64,000 nt of DNA from Malacoraja senta (taxonomy: Eukaryota), in contig CM075977.1 of the NCBI GenBank assembly GCA_038087875.1, positions 40,548,001 through 40,612,000 on the forward strand. The letters run 5' to 3'. A model generated the notes under the pieces. The model was not told where the DNA came from and did not search any database. It was given only the letters and a program-made list of their open reading frames with translations. The position numbers and the translations under genes were made by a program. This document shows positions 40,300-52,035 of the stretch, in pieces; position 1 is the stretch's first letter, and every line of letters starts with the position of its first letter.

Positions 40300-40870
40300 T
40301 CAGACAAACAACCATTTGCAGGCAGTGCATTTTCACTTCAACCCAAACCCCCCAAACAACCATTTGTAGGCAGTGCCTTTTCATGTCAACCCAAACCCCC
40401 CAAACAACCATTTGCAGGCAGTGCCTTTTCACTTCAACCCAAACCCCCCAAACAACCATTTGCAGGCAGTGCCTTTTCACTTCAACCCAAACCCCCCAAA
40501 CAACCATTTACAGGCAGTCCCTTTTCACTTCAACCCAAACCCCCAAACAACCATTTGCAGGCAGTGCCTTTTCACTCAACCCAAACCCCCCAAACAACCA
40601 TTTGCAGGCAGTGCCTTTTCACTTCAACCCAAACCCCCCAAACAACCATTTGTAGGCAGTGCCTTTTCACTTCAACCCAAACCCCCCAAACAACCATTTG
40701 CAGGCAGTGCCTTTTCACTTCAACCTAAACACCCCCAAACAACCATTTGCAGGCAGTGCCTTTTCACTTCAACCCAAACCCCCCAAACAACCATTTGCAG
40801 GCAGTGCCTTTTTACTTCAACACAAACCCCCCAAACAACCATTTGCAGGCAGTGCCTTTTTACTTCAAAC
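40300..40870. repeat. ~48-bp minisatellite, about 12 copies
   Basis: Unit ~CAAACAACCATTTGCAGGCAGTGCCTTTTCACTTCAACCCAAACCCCC. The period is 16 aa in the spurious ORFs. Confidence 0.95.
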
Positions 40871-41246
40871 CAACCATATTTTCATTTTCAAAGTACATTA
40901 AGGGCACTCACAGTTGAGTAGACATGTGTTCAGTGTTATTCAGAGCTCAGAGAGACGTGACCCTCTGGCTTCCTCCATCTTGCAGAGACTGAGTGAGGCA
41001 CACCACTTCCTGGTTTTATAGTCCCTCCCCCTCCCTCCAGCAGGGGCAGCAGAGTGAATGGCAATTTTAAAAAAAACATTAATATATCTCTGATTTTTCA
41101 TCGATGGGAAAAATCCTCTGGTCCAGGAAGGCGGAGGGGGGCTCTGAGCGAAGTGGCCAAAAATGACGGCCGTAGGTGGCGGCGTTCTCTCGGAAATCAC
41201 AGCACAGTGAGCCAAAAGCGGTCATGATAAGACTTTTAGTAATATA

Positions 41247-41629
41247 CTAGACCAAGAGCAGACCCGTTGGGTCTGGACCCCGAACGTGCTTCAGACCCCG
41301 GGGCGAAAATCGCTAGCGACAGAAAAAAAATGACGTCGTTTTTGGAGCAGAGCCGGTCGGCAGCAGCTGTTATGGTGGCTGGCCAGCAGGAGGAGACAAA
41401 ATGAGTGAGTGGGGGGGGGGTGGATTTTATTTTAAAATGTGTACATAAAAATGTCTAAATCTAATAAGGAGTGTGTTAGGGTATGTAAAACTGTAATGTC
41501 TAGCGAAATGGAAAAAATCGTGGAGTTTTCGCGTGTGGTTTTGGCGGAGCAAGGAATCAAAGGGCAAATGTGACACCCACAAATAAATAAACACATCCAC
41601 ACACACACACAGTTTTAATAGTATATAGA
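41247..41629 (-). mobile_element. Short non-autonomous Helitron nested in the 5' terminus of the previous one
   Basis: CTAG at 41247-41250, hairpin CAGACCC-GTT-GGGTCTG at 41259-41275, and TC 5' end at 41628-41629. It is inserted at an A^T site. Confidence 0.75.
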
Positions 41630-42154
41630 TAGATATATGTTGGAGTAACTGCGGGACAGGCAGCATCTCTGGAGAGAAGGAATGGGTCAGTGTGAAAAGG
41701 GGTCTCGACCCGCAACGTCACTATTCCTTCTCTCCAGAGATGCTGCCTGTCCCGCTGAGTTACTCCAGCATTTTGTGTCTATTCTCGGGTTAAAATGTGA
41801 GGCCATTTATATCCATTTCTCCAGTATCACTCGACACACAAGAACACGGGAGCGGTAGTAGGAACAAGGGGAGAAATAGGAGCAGGCGTAGAAGCAGGAT
41901 TACAAGCAGGGCTAGGCACAGGAGTAGTCAAAGAGTCATTCAGCACCGAAACAGGCCCTTCGGCCCAATTTGCCCATGCCGACCAAGATGCCCCATCTAC
42001 ACTAGTCCCACCTCCTAATCCCACATATCCCTCTAAACATTTCCTAGCCATACAGCTATTCAGTAGGAGTAGCGACAGGAGGAGCAGAGGTCGGAACAGA
42101 AGCAAGGGTAGGTCTTCTTCTTGCGTATGGCGTGCACAGCCTAACAAAACATTA

Positions 42155-45100
42155 TAGACAATAGACAATAGGTGCAGGAGTAGGCCATTCGGCCCTTCAA
42201 GCCAGCACGGCCATTCAATGTGATCATGGCTGATCATCCCCAATCAGTACCCCGTACCCCGTTCATATTTGTGAGAGCCCTATCCAGCTCTCTCTTGAAA
42301 GCATCCAGAGAACCCGCCTCCACTGCCCTCTGAGGCAGAGAATTCCACACTCACCACTCTCTGTGAGAAAAAGTGTTTCCTCGTCTCCGTTCTAAATGGC
42401 TTACTCCTTATTCTTAAACTGTGGCCCCTGGTTCTGGACTCCCCCAACATCGGGAACATGTTTCCTGCCTCTAGCGTGTCCAAACCCTTAACAATCTTAT
42501 ATGTTTCAATGAGATACCCTTTCATCCTTCTAAACTCCAGAGTGTACAAGCCCAGCTGCTCCATTCTCTCAGCATATGACAGTCCCGCGATCCCGGGAAT
42601 TAACTTCGTAAACCTATGCTGCACTCCCTCAATAGAAGGAATGTCTTTAGGGGACCAAAACTGTACACAATACTCCAGGTGTGGTCTCACTAGGGCTCTG
42701 TACAACTGCAGAAGGACCTCTTTGCTCCTATATTCGATTACTCTTGTTATAAAGGCCAACATGCCATTCGCTTTCTTCACTGCCTGCTGTACCTGCATGC
42801 TTACTTTCATAGACTGATGTACAAGGACCCCCAGATCCCGTTGTACTTCCCCTTTTCCCAACTTGATGCCATTTAGATAGTAATCTGCCTTCTTGTTTTT
42901 CCTACCAAAGTGGATAACCTCACATTTATCCGCATCTGTCACGCCTCTGCCCACTCCCCCAACCTGTCCAAGTCACCCTGCACTCTCAAAGCATCCTCCT
43001 CACAGTTCACACTGCCACCCAGCTTTGCGTCATCTGCAAATTTGTTAATGTTACTTTGAATCCCTTCATCCAAACCTTTGATGTATATTGTAAATAGCTG
43101 CGGTCCCAGCACCGAGCCTTGCGGTACCCCACTAGTCACTGCCTGCCATTCTGAAAGGGACCCGTTAATCCCTACTCTTTGTTTCCTGTCTGCCAACCAC
43201 TTCTCTATCCATGTCAGCACTCTACCCCCAATACCATGTGCCCTAATTTTGCCCACTAATCTCCTATGTGGGACCTTATCAAATGCTTTCTGAAAGTCCA
43301 GGTACACTACATCCACTCGCTCTCCCTTGTCCATTTTCCTAGTTACATCTTCAAAAAATGAGTCAAGCATAATTTCCCCTTCGTAAATCCATGCTGACTC
43401 GGACAGATCCTGTTACTGCTAACCAAATGTTCGGCTATCTCATATTTTATAATTGACTCCAGCATCTTCCCCACCACCAATGTGAGGCTAGCTGGTCTAT
43501 AATTCCCTGTTTTCTCTCTCCCGCCTTTCTTAAAAAGTGGGATAACATTAGCTACCCTCAATCCACAGGAACTGATCCTGAGTCAATAGAACATTGGAAA
43601 ATTATCACAAATGCATCCACGATTTCTAGAGCTACCTCCTTAAGTACCCTGGGATGCAGACCATCAGGCCCTGGGGATTTATAAGCCTTCAGTCCCATCG
43701 GTCTATCTAACACCATTTCCAGCCTAATGTGGATTTCCTTCAGTTCCTCTGTCACCCCAGATCCTCTGGCCACTACTATATCAGGAAGATTGTTTGTGTC
43801 CTCCTTAGTGAAGACAGATCCAAAGTACCTGTTCAACACATCTGCCATTTCCTTGTTCCCCATAATAAATTCACCTTTTTCGGTCTTCAAGGGTCCAACT
43901 TTGGTCTTAACTATTTTTTTCCTTTTCACATACCTAAAGAAGCTTTTACTATTCTGCTTTATATTCTTGGCTAGCTTACCTTTGTACCTCATCTTTTCTC
44001 CCTGTATTGTCTTTTTGGTTATCTTCTGTTGTTCTTTAAACATTACCCAATCCTCTTGCTTCCCGCTCATCTTTGCTACATTGTACTTCTTCTCTTTAAT
44101 TTTTATACTGTCCCTGACATCCCTTGTCAGCCATGATCGTCCCTTTCTCCCCTTGGAATCTTTCTTCCTCCTAGGAATGAACTGATCCTGCACCTTCTGT
44201 ATTATTCCTAGAAACACCTGCCATTTTTGTTCCACTGTCATCCCTGCTAGTGTATCTTTCCAGTCATCTTTGGCCAGCCCATCCCTCATGGCCCCATAGT
44301 CCCCTTTATTCAACTGTAACACTGAGATCCCCAATCTACCCTTCTCCCTCTCCAATTGTAGATTAAACCTTTTTTTAAAAATTTTAAATTTTTTATTTTT
44401 TATTTATTAGAAGTACATCACATTACAACCACATACATTAGTACTCGTCACATATATCTTCTTACCATTATAGTACTCCGTTTGTTTTTTACACTAATAA
44501 AGGGAAAGGATGAGATTGAGAGAAAGAAGAAAGTGAAGGAAAAGGTGAAAGTGTAAAAAACGTGACAACAAGAAAGAACGAAGACCCTATAAGAACAAAA
44601 TTAAAAACAAAAGAAAAACAGTTAAGAAATAGACCCTAGAAAAGAAGAAGAAAGAGAAAGAGGGAAAAGAGAAAAACAAATAGTTTTTGTAAGCATCACG
44701 CAAATGGGACATACCAACTCTCCAACTTTCATCCCCCCTTACCTGACCTCAGTTTTTTTAAGGTACTTTTGCACCCTATATTTGTAATAATTCTATAAAT
44801 GCAGACCATGTCAGGTGGAAGTGATCTGGTTTACCTGCCAGGAGGAGTCTTATCTCTTCTAGGTGTAACGTTTCGAACATATTTGAAATCCACATGTTTA
44901 TAGTTGGTATCGGAGCCTTTTTCCAAAATTTTAGGATTAGCTTTTTTCCAGTTATTAACCCATAGTCTATTAGTTTCTTTTGGAACACATTTAGTTCTGG
45001 ACTATCTTCCGTTATTCCGAAGATAATCCATCCTGCTTTGGGTATCAGTTTTATTTTAAATAATTTTGTAAAGATTTCAAAAATTTCAATCCAAAATTTT

Positions 45101-48100
45101 TGAATTTTTGTACAGAAAACAAATGAGTGCGCTATAGTAGCTTCTTGAGATTGACATTTATCACAGATGGATGATACATTTGGGGAAATTTTATGGATTT
45201 TAGTTTTGGAATAATATAATCTATGTAAAATTTTAAATTGTATTAAAGTGTGTCTTACATTAATCAAACATTTATGCACGTTTAATAAGTGTTCATTCCA
45301 CCTTTCCTTTGAAATTTTAATAGCTAATTCTTGTTCCCAGTCTCTTCTGATACCTTCCGTAGATGGTATTTCTACATTTAAGATAATATTATACAAATAT
45401 GATATTAAGTTTGCTGATTCAGCTTTTATCTGCATTGCATCATCCAATACATCTGCTGGGCTATTATAATGATCTTTTGCATATTTTTTCAAATAGTCGC
45501 ATATTTGAAAATATTTAAAATATTGATTATTTCCGAGTTTATATTTTATTTGTAATTGTTGAAATGATAGTAATTTTCCAGTTTCATACAGATCACCGAA
45601 CATTTAAATCCTAGTCTATCCCAGTGTGTGAAAGATTTATCTATAATAGAGGGATTAAACAAAGGATTATTAACTATGGGAGATAATAGTGATAAATTTC
45701 TTAATTTTAAATTTTGTTTTATTTGTTTCCAAATTCTGATTGTGCTATGTATAATTGGGTTCCTATTATAATTTATGTTATTCAGTTTCATTGGTGAGAG
45801 GAGGATCGTTCCAATGTTTCCAGAGGAGCAACCCTCTCTCTCCATTACAATCCAGTCCACTTGCTGGGCAGAGTTATCCATCAGTTGAATCATATTTTTA
45901 ATATTTACTGACCAATAATAATACATGAAATTAGGTAGTGCTAAGCCCCCTGATACTTTAGGTTTGTTCAAGTGAGTTCTTTGTATTCTATGCGATTTAT
46001 AGTCCCATATAAAATTAGTGATATCCGAGTCCAATTTAAAAAAAAACTTCTTTGGTAGGTATATAGGAATCGATTGAAATAGGTATAAAATTTGTGGTAG
46101 AAAGATCATTTTTATTGCATTTATTCGGCCTATTAAAGACATCGGGTGCGTTTTCCAAAATTTAATTAGTGTGTTTAATTTATTAAGTAGAGGATCAAAA
46201 TTTGCTTTAAACATACCTTGATATGTTCTAGTAATTTCGATTCCCAAGTATTTAAATTTTTCTGTAGCTATTTTAAAAGGGAATTTTAAAAGATGTGTTG
46301 AGTCTTTCGGTTTTATTGACATAATTTCACTTTTATTCCAATTTATTCTGTATCCAGAAAAAGATCCAAAGTCTTCAATTAAATTTAATATATTTGGTAT
46401 AGTGATTTGAGGTTTTGTTATGTACAGTAATATATCATCCGCGTATAAAGATATTTTATTATTTGAATATTTAGTATTATACCCATGGATATCAGGATGT
46501 ATTCTAATTTTTTCTGCTAACGGTTCAATAATAAGAGCAAACAACTGTGGTGATAATGAGCATCCTTGTCTATTTCCCCTTGATAGTTGAAATTTCAAGG
46601 ATAATGTGTTATTAGTTAATATTCTAGCTGTAGGTTTATTATATAATAATTTAATCCATAGAATAAAATTCTCTCCCAGTTGGGATTTTTGTAATACTTT
46701 ATCCATATAATTCCATTCTACTTGGTCAAATGCTTTTTCAGCATCCAGCGAAATAATTGATAATTCTTGTTCTTCAGATTTATGTGAGTGCATTATGTTG
46801 AGTAAACATCTCATATTGTTAGATGAATATCTCTTAGGGATAAACCCCGTCTGATCTGGGTTTATTAGTTTACTAATATATTTACTTAATCTTCTAGCTA
46901 ATGTTGTCGCTAATATTTTTTGATCTGTGTTTGACAATGCTATAGCTCTATATGAACCCGGTTCTTCTATATCTTTGTCTTTCTTATTAGTGTAATCGTT
47001 GATTCCGCTAATGTATCAGGTAGTATTTGTTTTTTAAAAGCATATTGGTACATTTTTTGTAATCTTGGTATAATTTTGTCATAGAAGCTTTTATAAAATT
47101 CATTAGTAAATCCATCAGGACCTGGTGTTTTTCCATTCTTTAGTGAGTTTATTGTATCTTCTAATTCCTTAATTGAGATTTGTGCTCCCAATCCCTCTTG
47201 TTCCTTCAACTCTAACTTTGGAAGATTACAATTATCCAAAAACTCTGTAATTTTATTGGAGTCAGTTATCGTTTTAGATGTATACAAATTCTCCTAAAAT
47301 TGCGCAAATCTTTTATTAATATCCTTCGGTATGGTTAATAATTCCCCTCTATCTGATTTAATCTTTGGGATCATATGTTCTTTTTCTCGTTTTTTTAGCT
47401 GGCGAGCCAAAAGTTTATGCGGTTTATCCCCAAATTCAAAGTGCTCTTGTTTTGTAATTTGAAAAAGTCTTATCAGTTTGGCTGATAATAGTTTATTTAA
47501 TTTAAATTTCAAAATTATTATTTTGTAGATTAAACCTGACCATGTTATGGTCACTGCTTCCTAATGGCTCATTAACCTCGAGGTCCTTTATCAAATCCGG
47601 TTCATTACATAACACTAAATCCAGAATTGCCTGCTCCCTGGTAGGCTCCAATACAAGCTGTTCTAAGAATCCATCACGAAGGCACTCTACAAAGTCCCTT
47701 TCTTGGGGTCCAGTACCAACCTGATTTTCCCAGTCTACCTGCATGTTGAAATCTCCCATAACAACCACAGCATTGCTTTTGCTACATGCCAATTTTAACT
47801 CCTGATTCAACTTGCGCCCTATGTCCAGGCTACTGTTTGGGGGCCTGTAGATTAGTCCCATTAGGGTCTTTTTACCCTTACAATTCCTTAGTTCTATCCA
47901 TATTGACTCCAAATCTCCTGTTTCAATGTCACCCCTTGCAAGGGACTGAATTTCATTCCTCACCAACAGGGCAACCCCACCCCCTCTGCCCACCTGTCTG
48001 TCTTTTCGATAGGAGGTATACCCTTGAATATTCAGTTCCCAGCCCTGGCCCTCTTGCAGCCATGTCTCAGTAATTCCCACAACATCATACATGCCAGTTT

Positions 48101-48450
48101 CTAACTGAGCCTCAAGCTCGTCCACTTTATTCCTTATACTTCGCATTTTGACCTCCGTATTCACTTCCCCGCTCGCACCGCTCGCAATTGGCCCTTTTTG
48201 TCCTTTTTCGAGCTTTCCTTCCCATTAATTCGAGAATCTTTTGTAATTTTTCCTGCAGTCACTTCCTCTTCAACTCCATCTTTATACTCCCAATTTGTCA
48301 ATCCTTCCCCCCCACTATTTAGTTCAAACCCACACGTGTAGCCCTAGCAACCCTGCCTGCCAGAATGTCAGTCCCCCTCCAGTTTAGATGTAACCTGTCC
48401 CTTTTGTACAGGTCACCCCTACCCCAGAAGAGATCCCAGTGGTCTATAAA
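42155..48450 (-). mobile_element. CR1 LINE, second family (CTATTGT tail), disrupted and interrupted by L1
   Basis: ORF1 C-terminus at ~48320-48450 (DHWDLFWG...LHLN), APE at 47502-48164, and RT fragments at 43558-44355, 42939-43370 and 42280-42954. The tail atagacaatagacaat is at 42155. Confidence 0.92.
44371..47522 (-). mobile_element. 5'-truncated L1-clade LINE with poly(A) tail and 15-bp TSD
   Basis: RT motifs PGPDGF, LDAEKAFD, RQGCSLSP and LYADD, plus a C-terminal CxxC...HSFVFC. An A-rich tail lies at 44371-44410. TSD TTGTAGATTAAACCT at 44356-44370 and 47523-47537. Confidence 0.95.
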
Positions 48451-50079
48451 GATCCCAATGGTCTATACATATATTACATATTCATTACATATATTTGTTT
48501 GTCCACGTCGGGTTGATTGCATTAGTCGAAACACGGTTTCGAAGGTTGCAATCTCCCACCCCAGAGTAGGAGTATGATGACCAGTTTTAGAAGCAGGAGC
48601 AAGTGTAGGAATTGGAACTGGAGCAGGAGCAGCTGTTGGTGCAAGAGCATGAGTGGGAACAGCAGTAGGAGTAGGAGCAGGAACTGCAGTTGCCGTAGGA
48701 GTAAACCTTTTCATGCCTTCCCCATCATTCAATGTGGTCACGGCTAACCTGCCCGAGGCCTCAACCACTTTGTTGGATCTCCACGGTCTTTAATTCTCCA
48801 CTTCATAGACTCACAAAGCTACGCAGCACGGAAACAAACCCTTTGGCGCAGCTCGTCCATGGTCTGTAAAACATGTCTCCTTCCAGTAATCCACATGGGT
48901 GGAGAATTACAGAGATTCACATCACACTGCGAGCAGATTTTTTTTAATGACCCTTCTCTTGAAAACAATTTCGCTCGTCTGCAGGGGATGATGATGCGAA
49001 TCCACGTGGGCTGTTAAAGTGATGGAGCCGATGGAAGGGTTTATTTGGCGGGGAATCTCCACCCTCCACCAGGCTGCCGCACTCAGGATATTCATGGAAT
49101 CAAAGGTGGGGAATAATGCTAGAAACGGCGCTGATGCAGAAAATCAGCCGTGAACGAAGAACAGGGGTTACGGATTCTCAACATACCAGCGGGGAGATGT
49201 CGGGGAGCACCACTCCACACATCCCAAACACTTTAACAGTCAGTAATATGGCGAGCCCACGTCCCGCACTGCAGGGCGCAGTGCCCCACAGACTCAGAAT
49301 CGAATGCGTCGTTTCTAATCCAGTCGGCACGCAGACAATAAAGTAGTTCAAGTTCAAATTCGCATTTATTGTCATTTAACCAGTTAAGGTACAGTGAAAT
49401 TTGAGTTACCATACAGCCATATTAAGTGAAAAGAACAAAATACACACATAATATAAAATTTAACATAAACATCCACCATAGTGGAATCATCATTCCTCGT
49501 TGTCGAGGCCTTTGAACCGCTGCCGACGGTCCGATGTTCAGGCCCTTTCGTCGGGAGGATGGAAACTCCGATGTCGGGAGAGGCTAACACTGAAATATGC
49601 TAGCGGGAGATAGAAGAACTTGCTTGGAAAGGGGGTCGTGGAGTTGGAGCAGAGGAGATATACAGCAGAGAACACATGTCTGAAATTTCGACCTGCAGCG
49701 TTAACTCTGTATCTCTCTCCAGCATTACTGATTTCATGTTAGATAAAGATTAGTCTTAATGCGAATGAAATGGCGAGCAGACACAGGGACTGAATGGCCT
49801 TTTGTACCAATGGTCCGGAAGAAATGGCTGAGGTAATTTCAACCTAATTTGCCCGTTGGAAAGGAAGGAAGAAATGAACCGCTGTGTGATAGCACCTCTC
49901 ACACCCACTCTCCAAGATGAAACATGACGCCACCGGAATAATGCGAATCATTGATGCGGGCTCCGCCGAGGAGAGGGTTTCGAGGCGGGTTCAGTGCCGA
50001 CTCCAATAGCTGGCCGAGTGTGTTGAGGGAAGTCACTTAATTCCTCTCACTTTCCAAACAGCGATCCAGCTGAGCGAAC

Positions 50080-50119
50080 ATGTGGCTGATTTCCTGTTTT
50101 TTCGTGCTAAGTTTGAGCT
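50080..50119 (+). CDS. TRGV: TCR gamma V segment 2, leader exon
   Basis: MWLISCFFVLSLS+T, with a phase-1 donor gtgcgt and an 81-nt intron ending ctttttgcag. Confidence 0.85.
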
Positions 50120-50200
50120 GTGCGTGTCAGATGGTTCTTCAGCTATTGCCGGTCTCTCCCGCCGCACAGCCGTTTTAATCAAAATCTGTTCTTTTTGCAG

Positions 50201-50504
50201 GTGGGTGTTTGGCCCAGACCCTGATCCAGCCCAAAGCATCGCTAACCTCGCCTGCCGGTAAAACAGTGCGAGTCTGGTGTCAAGTGAATGGAGTCGTAAT
50301 TAGTGACACCAACCCCATTCACTGGTACCAACAGAAAGCCGGGCAGCCGTTCGCTCGGATACTCTACTTTACAAACAGCGTGGTACGGGATCCGGGATTT
50401 GGGAGCTCCTTCAACGCTGGAAAAACCACTGACTCCGCATTCTATCTCGCAATTGAATTAACGGCTGAAAAATCTGCCACTTATTACTGCGCCTGCTGGA
50501 TGTA
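50201..50504 (+). CDS. TRGV: TCR gamma V segment 2, V exon (open frame)
   Basis: GCLAQTLIQPKASLTSPAGKTVRVWC...IHWYQQKAGQPFARILY...VRDPGFGSSF...SATYYCACWM. IHWYQQK, RILY, RDPGF and YYCAxW are TRGV hallmarks. Confidence 0.94.
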
Positions 50505-50543
50505 CACAGCGTGTAACAGAAACACAATCGCCGCACAAAAAGC
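50505..50543 (+). promoter_or_regulatory. 23-RSS of TRGV segment 2
   Basis: Heptamer CACAGCG (6/7), 23-nt spacer, nonamer ACAAAAAGC (8/9). Confidence 0.9.
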
Positions 50544-51280
50544 CAGAACACCTGTGTGCACCTGATCCGGAGACTGCAACGATCCCCCGCTGCAACCCTC
50601 GCGTACTACTTCTCACAGGGACAGGTGCTGGGGTCCGAACGAGTAGCAGCCGCTAAAACGGCCGCTTCGGGAGTGCTCGGATCTCCCTCCAGTTACAAGG
50701 AAGCGTTTCCGCTTCAATGATGAGGCTGACCCTTGTGTTACCCAATTCCTGGAAGCTGTCCTTCCGCGGAGCGGTGGGTGAGGGACTGGCCCGGCCGGTG
50801 GGGTGACAAAAGGACTCGCACTGCGCGTCTCCGAGACGGTGACCTGCGCTTTACCCACAGAGTTCCCAATCACCCGACTCTGACGCTGCTCGTCAGAAAA
50901 CATCATCCCGGTTCCAAGACATTACTGCAGGGGTATTTTCTTCCACCCAGAAATCTGCAATAAGCGTGTTCGGTATTCCGACAACGCATACTCAGGTTAT
51001 AGGTCACTAGCTATAAAACAGTCTTCGCAACGGTGGTGCTGCATTGTGTGCAGGCTTGCGTTTCGTCCGTAGTCGGGGTCGGCCCTCCGTCGCTGCGGGT
51101 GCTGTTGAGTTGCTGTTGGGCCGTCCCCTCCCCGTGTCCCGTCCCTGCCCGGAGGTGTCCGGGTTGGCCTGGGCTGGCGGGGCGACCCTGGACTTGCAGC
51201 CGCTGGCTCCAGCTCGACTCTGCCTGTCCCGTCGGGTTGGCCCCGGCCCCCGGCAGCCCTCCACCTCCACCCCCTCCCCT

Positions 51281-52035
51281 CAGTCGGACTCGTAGTTGCC
51301 ACGCAACGCCTACTAGAGTACATGCGGTGAACTGCAGATAAGCGTATCTTTGGTAAGCACTTACCCTGGCTCCCAGTGAAGCGGGCCCGTCTTTTGTCCC
51401 AGCTTCCGGACTCCACGCCGACTGGATCCACACTAGCGGACCCCGGGCCGTCTATCCCCGCGGCCCGGGGTGGGGAGGAGGTTGGGGGGGTGGGGGGTTG
51501 GGGGTTCGGGGGGGGGGGTTGCCGATGCCGATGCAGCGCGGTCAGTGACTCTGGGTGGACGGAGGGACCAGACTGTCCCCAACTCTGACGGGGACATTGC
51601 CGGGTTTTCGTCCCCGTGTGTCCGCTGCCCTGCGCCGCGGCCCCGCTCTACCCGGCCCCGTGTATGGGCGCTGCCGACCCAAGCCCGTGACAGTGCGGCC
51701 CACAGCGGTAGACGGGGCAGAGGGCCGCCATGGCCGGACAGCGCTGACTCCTGGGGAGGAGTGGGTGCTGTCCCGAGGGATGCGCTCCTTCGGCAGCTTA
51801 CACTTGGTGCTCGGGTTCAGAGCAAAGATACTAGAGCATTTGGTTCAGAGCCCTCAGTCACCCTCCACAATTATTTACAGCGCAAAAATTGACAATTTCT
51901 GCGGTTTTTAACAGGTAAGAAAGTACGCGTTTCGTGTGTTAACAGTGTATGCGGGAGGCTGCCATGTCCTCCAGATGGATTGAGCTGCTCCGTGCGTCAC
52001 GCCCTTTGACCCGATGACCTTACGTGCAGCCCCCT
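51281..52035 (-). mobile_element. Second copy of the same THAP/ISL2EU-like MITE (left TIR not recognisable)
   Basis: Colinear blocks of high similarity to 33865-34812 (e.g. ttgccacgcaacgcc, gggatgcgctccttcgg, acaattatttacagcgcaaaaattga). The right TIR CGTGCAGCCCCCT is followed by AT. Confidence 0.7.

Larger units (their letters stand above)
39214..41633 (-). mobile_element. Non-autonomous Helitron (composite, two related internal units)
   Basis: On the minus strand it starts A|TC (41633) and ends CTAG|T (39214-39217). The subterminal hairpin is GGGACCC-GTT-GGGTCCC (39225-39241). Internal blocks ~39960-40290 and ~40910-41220 are similar to each other. Confidence 0.75.

Noticed and set aside
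39313-40921. Repetitive ORFs and regularly spaced 48-bp repeats that superficially resemble a CRISPR array
   Set aside because: The units are contiguous tandem repeats with no unique spacers, there are no cas genes, and the context is eukaryotic.
41204-41245. Isolated CACAGTG heptamers here and at ~2802, ~13690, ~16523, ~28794, ~37587, ~59305, ~59816 and ~62814
   Set aside because: None has a nonamer at 12 or 23 nt or an adjacent V, D or J coding motif.
41845-48705. Degenerate GCAGGA/GTAGGA repeats with Ala/Pro/Thr- or Arg/Ser-rich ORFs on both sides of the CR1-L1 composite
   Set aside because: This is best explained as one simple-repeat tract split by later insertions, with no coding evidence.
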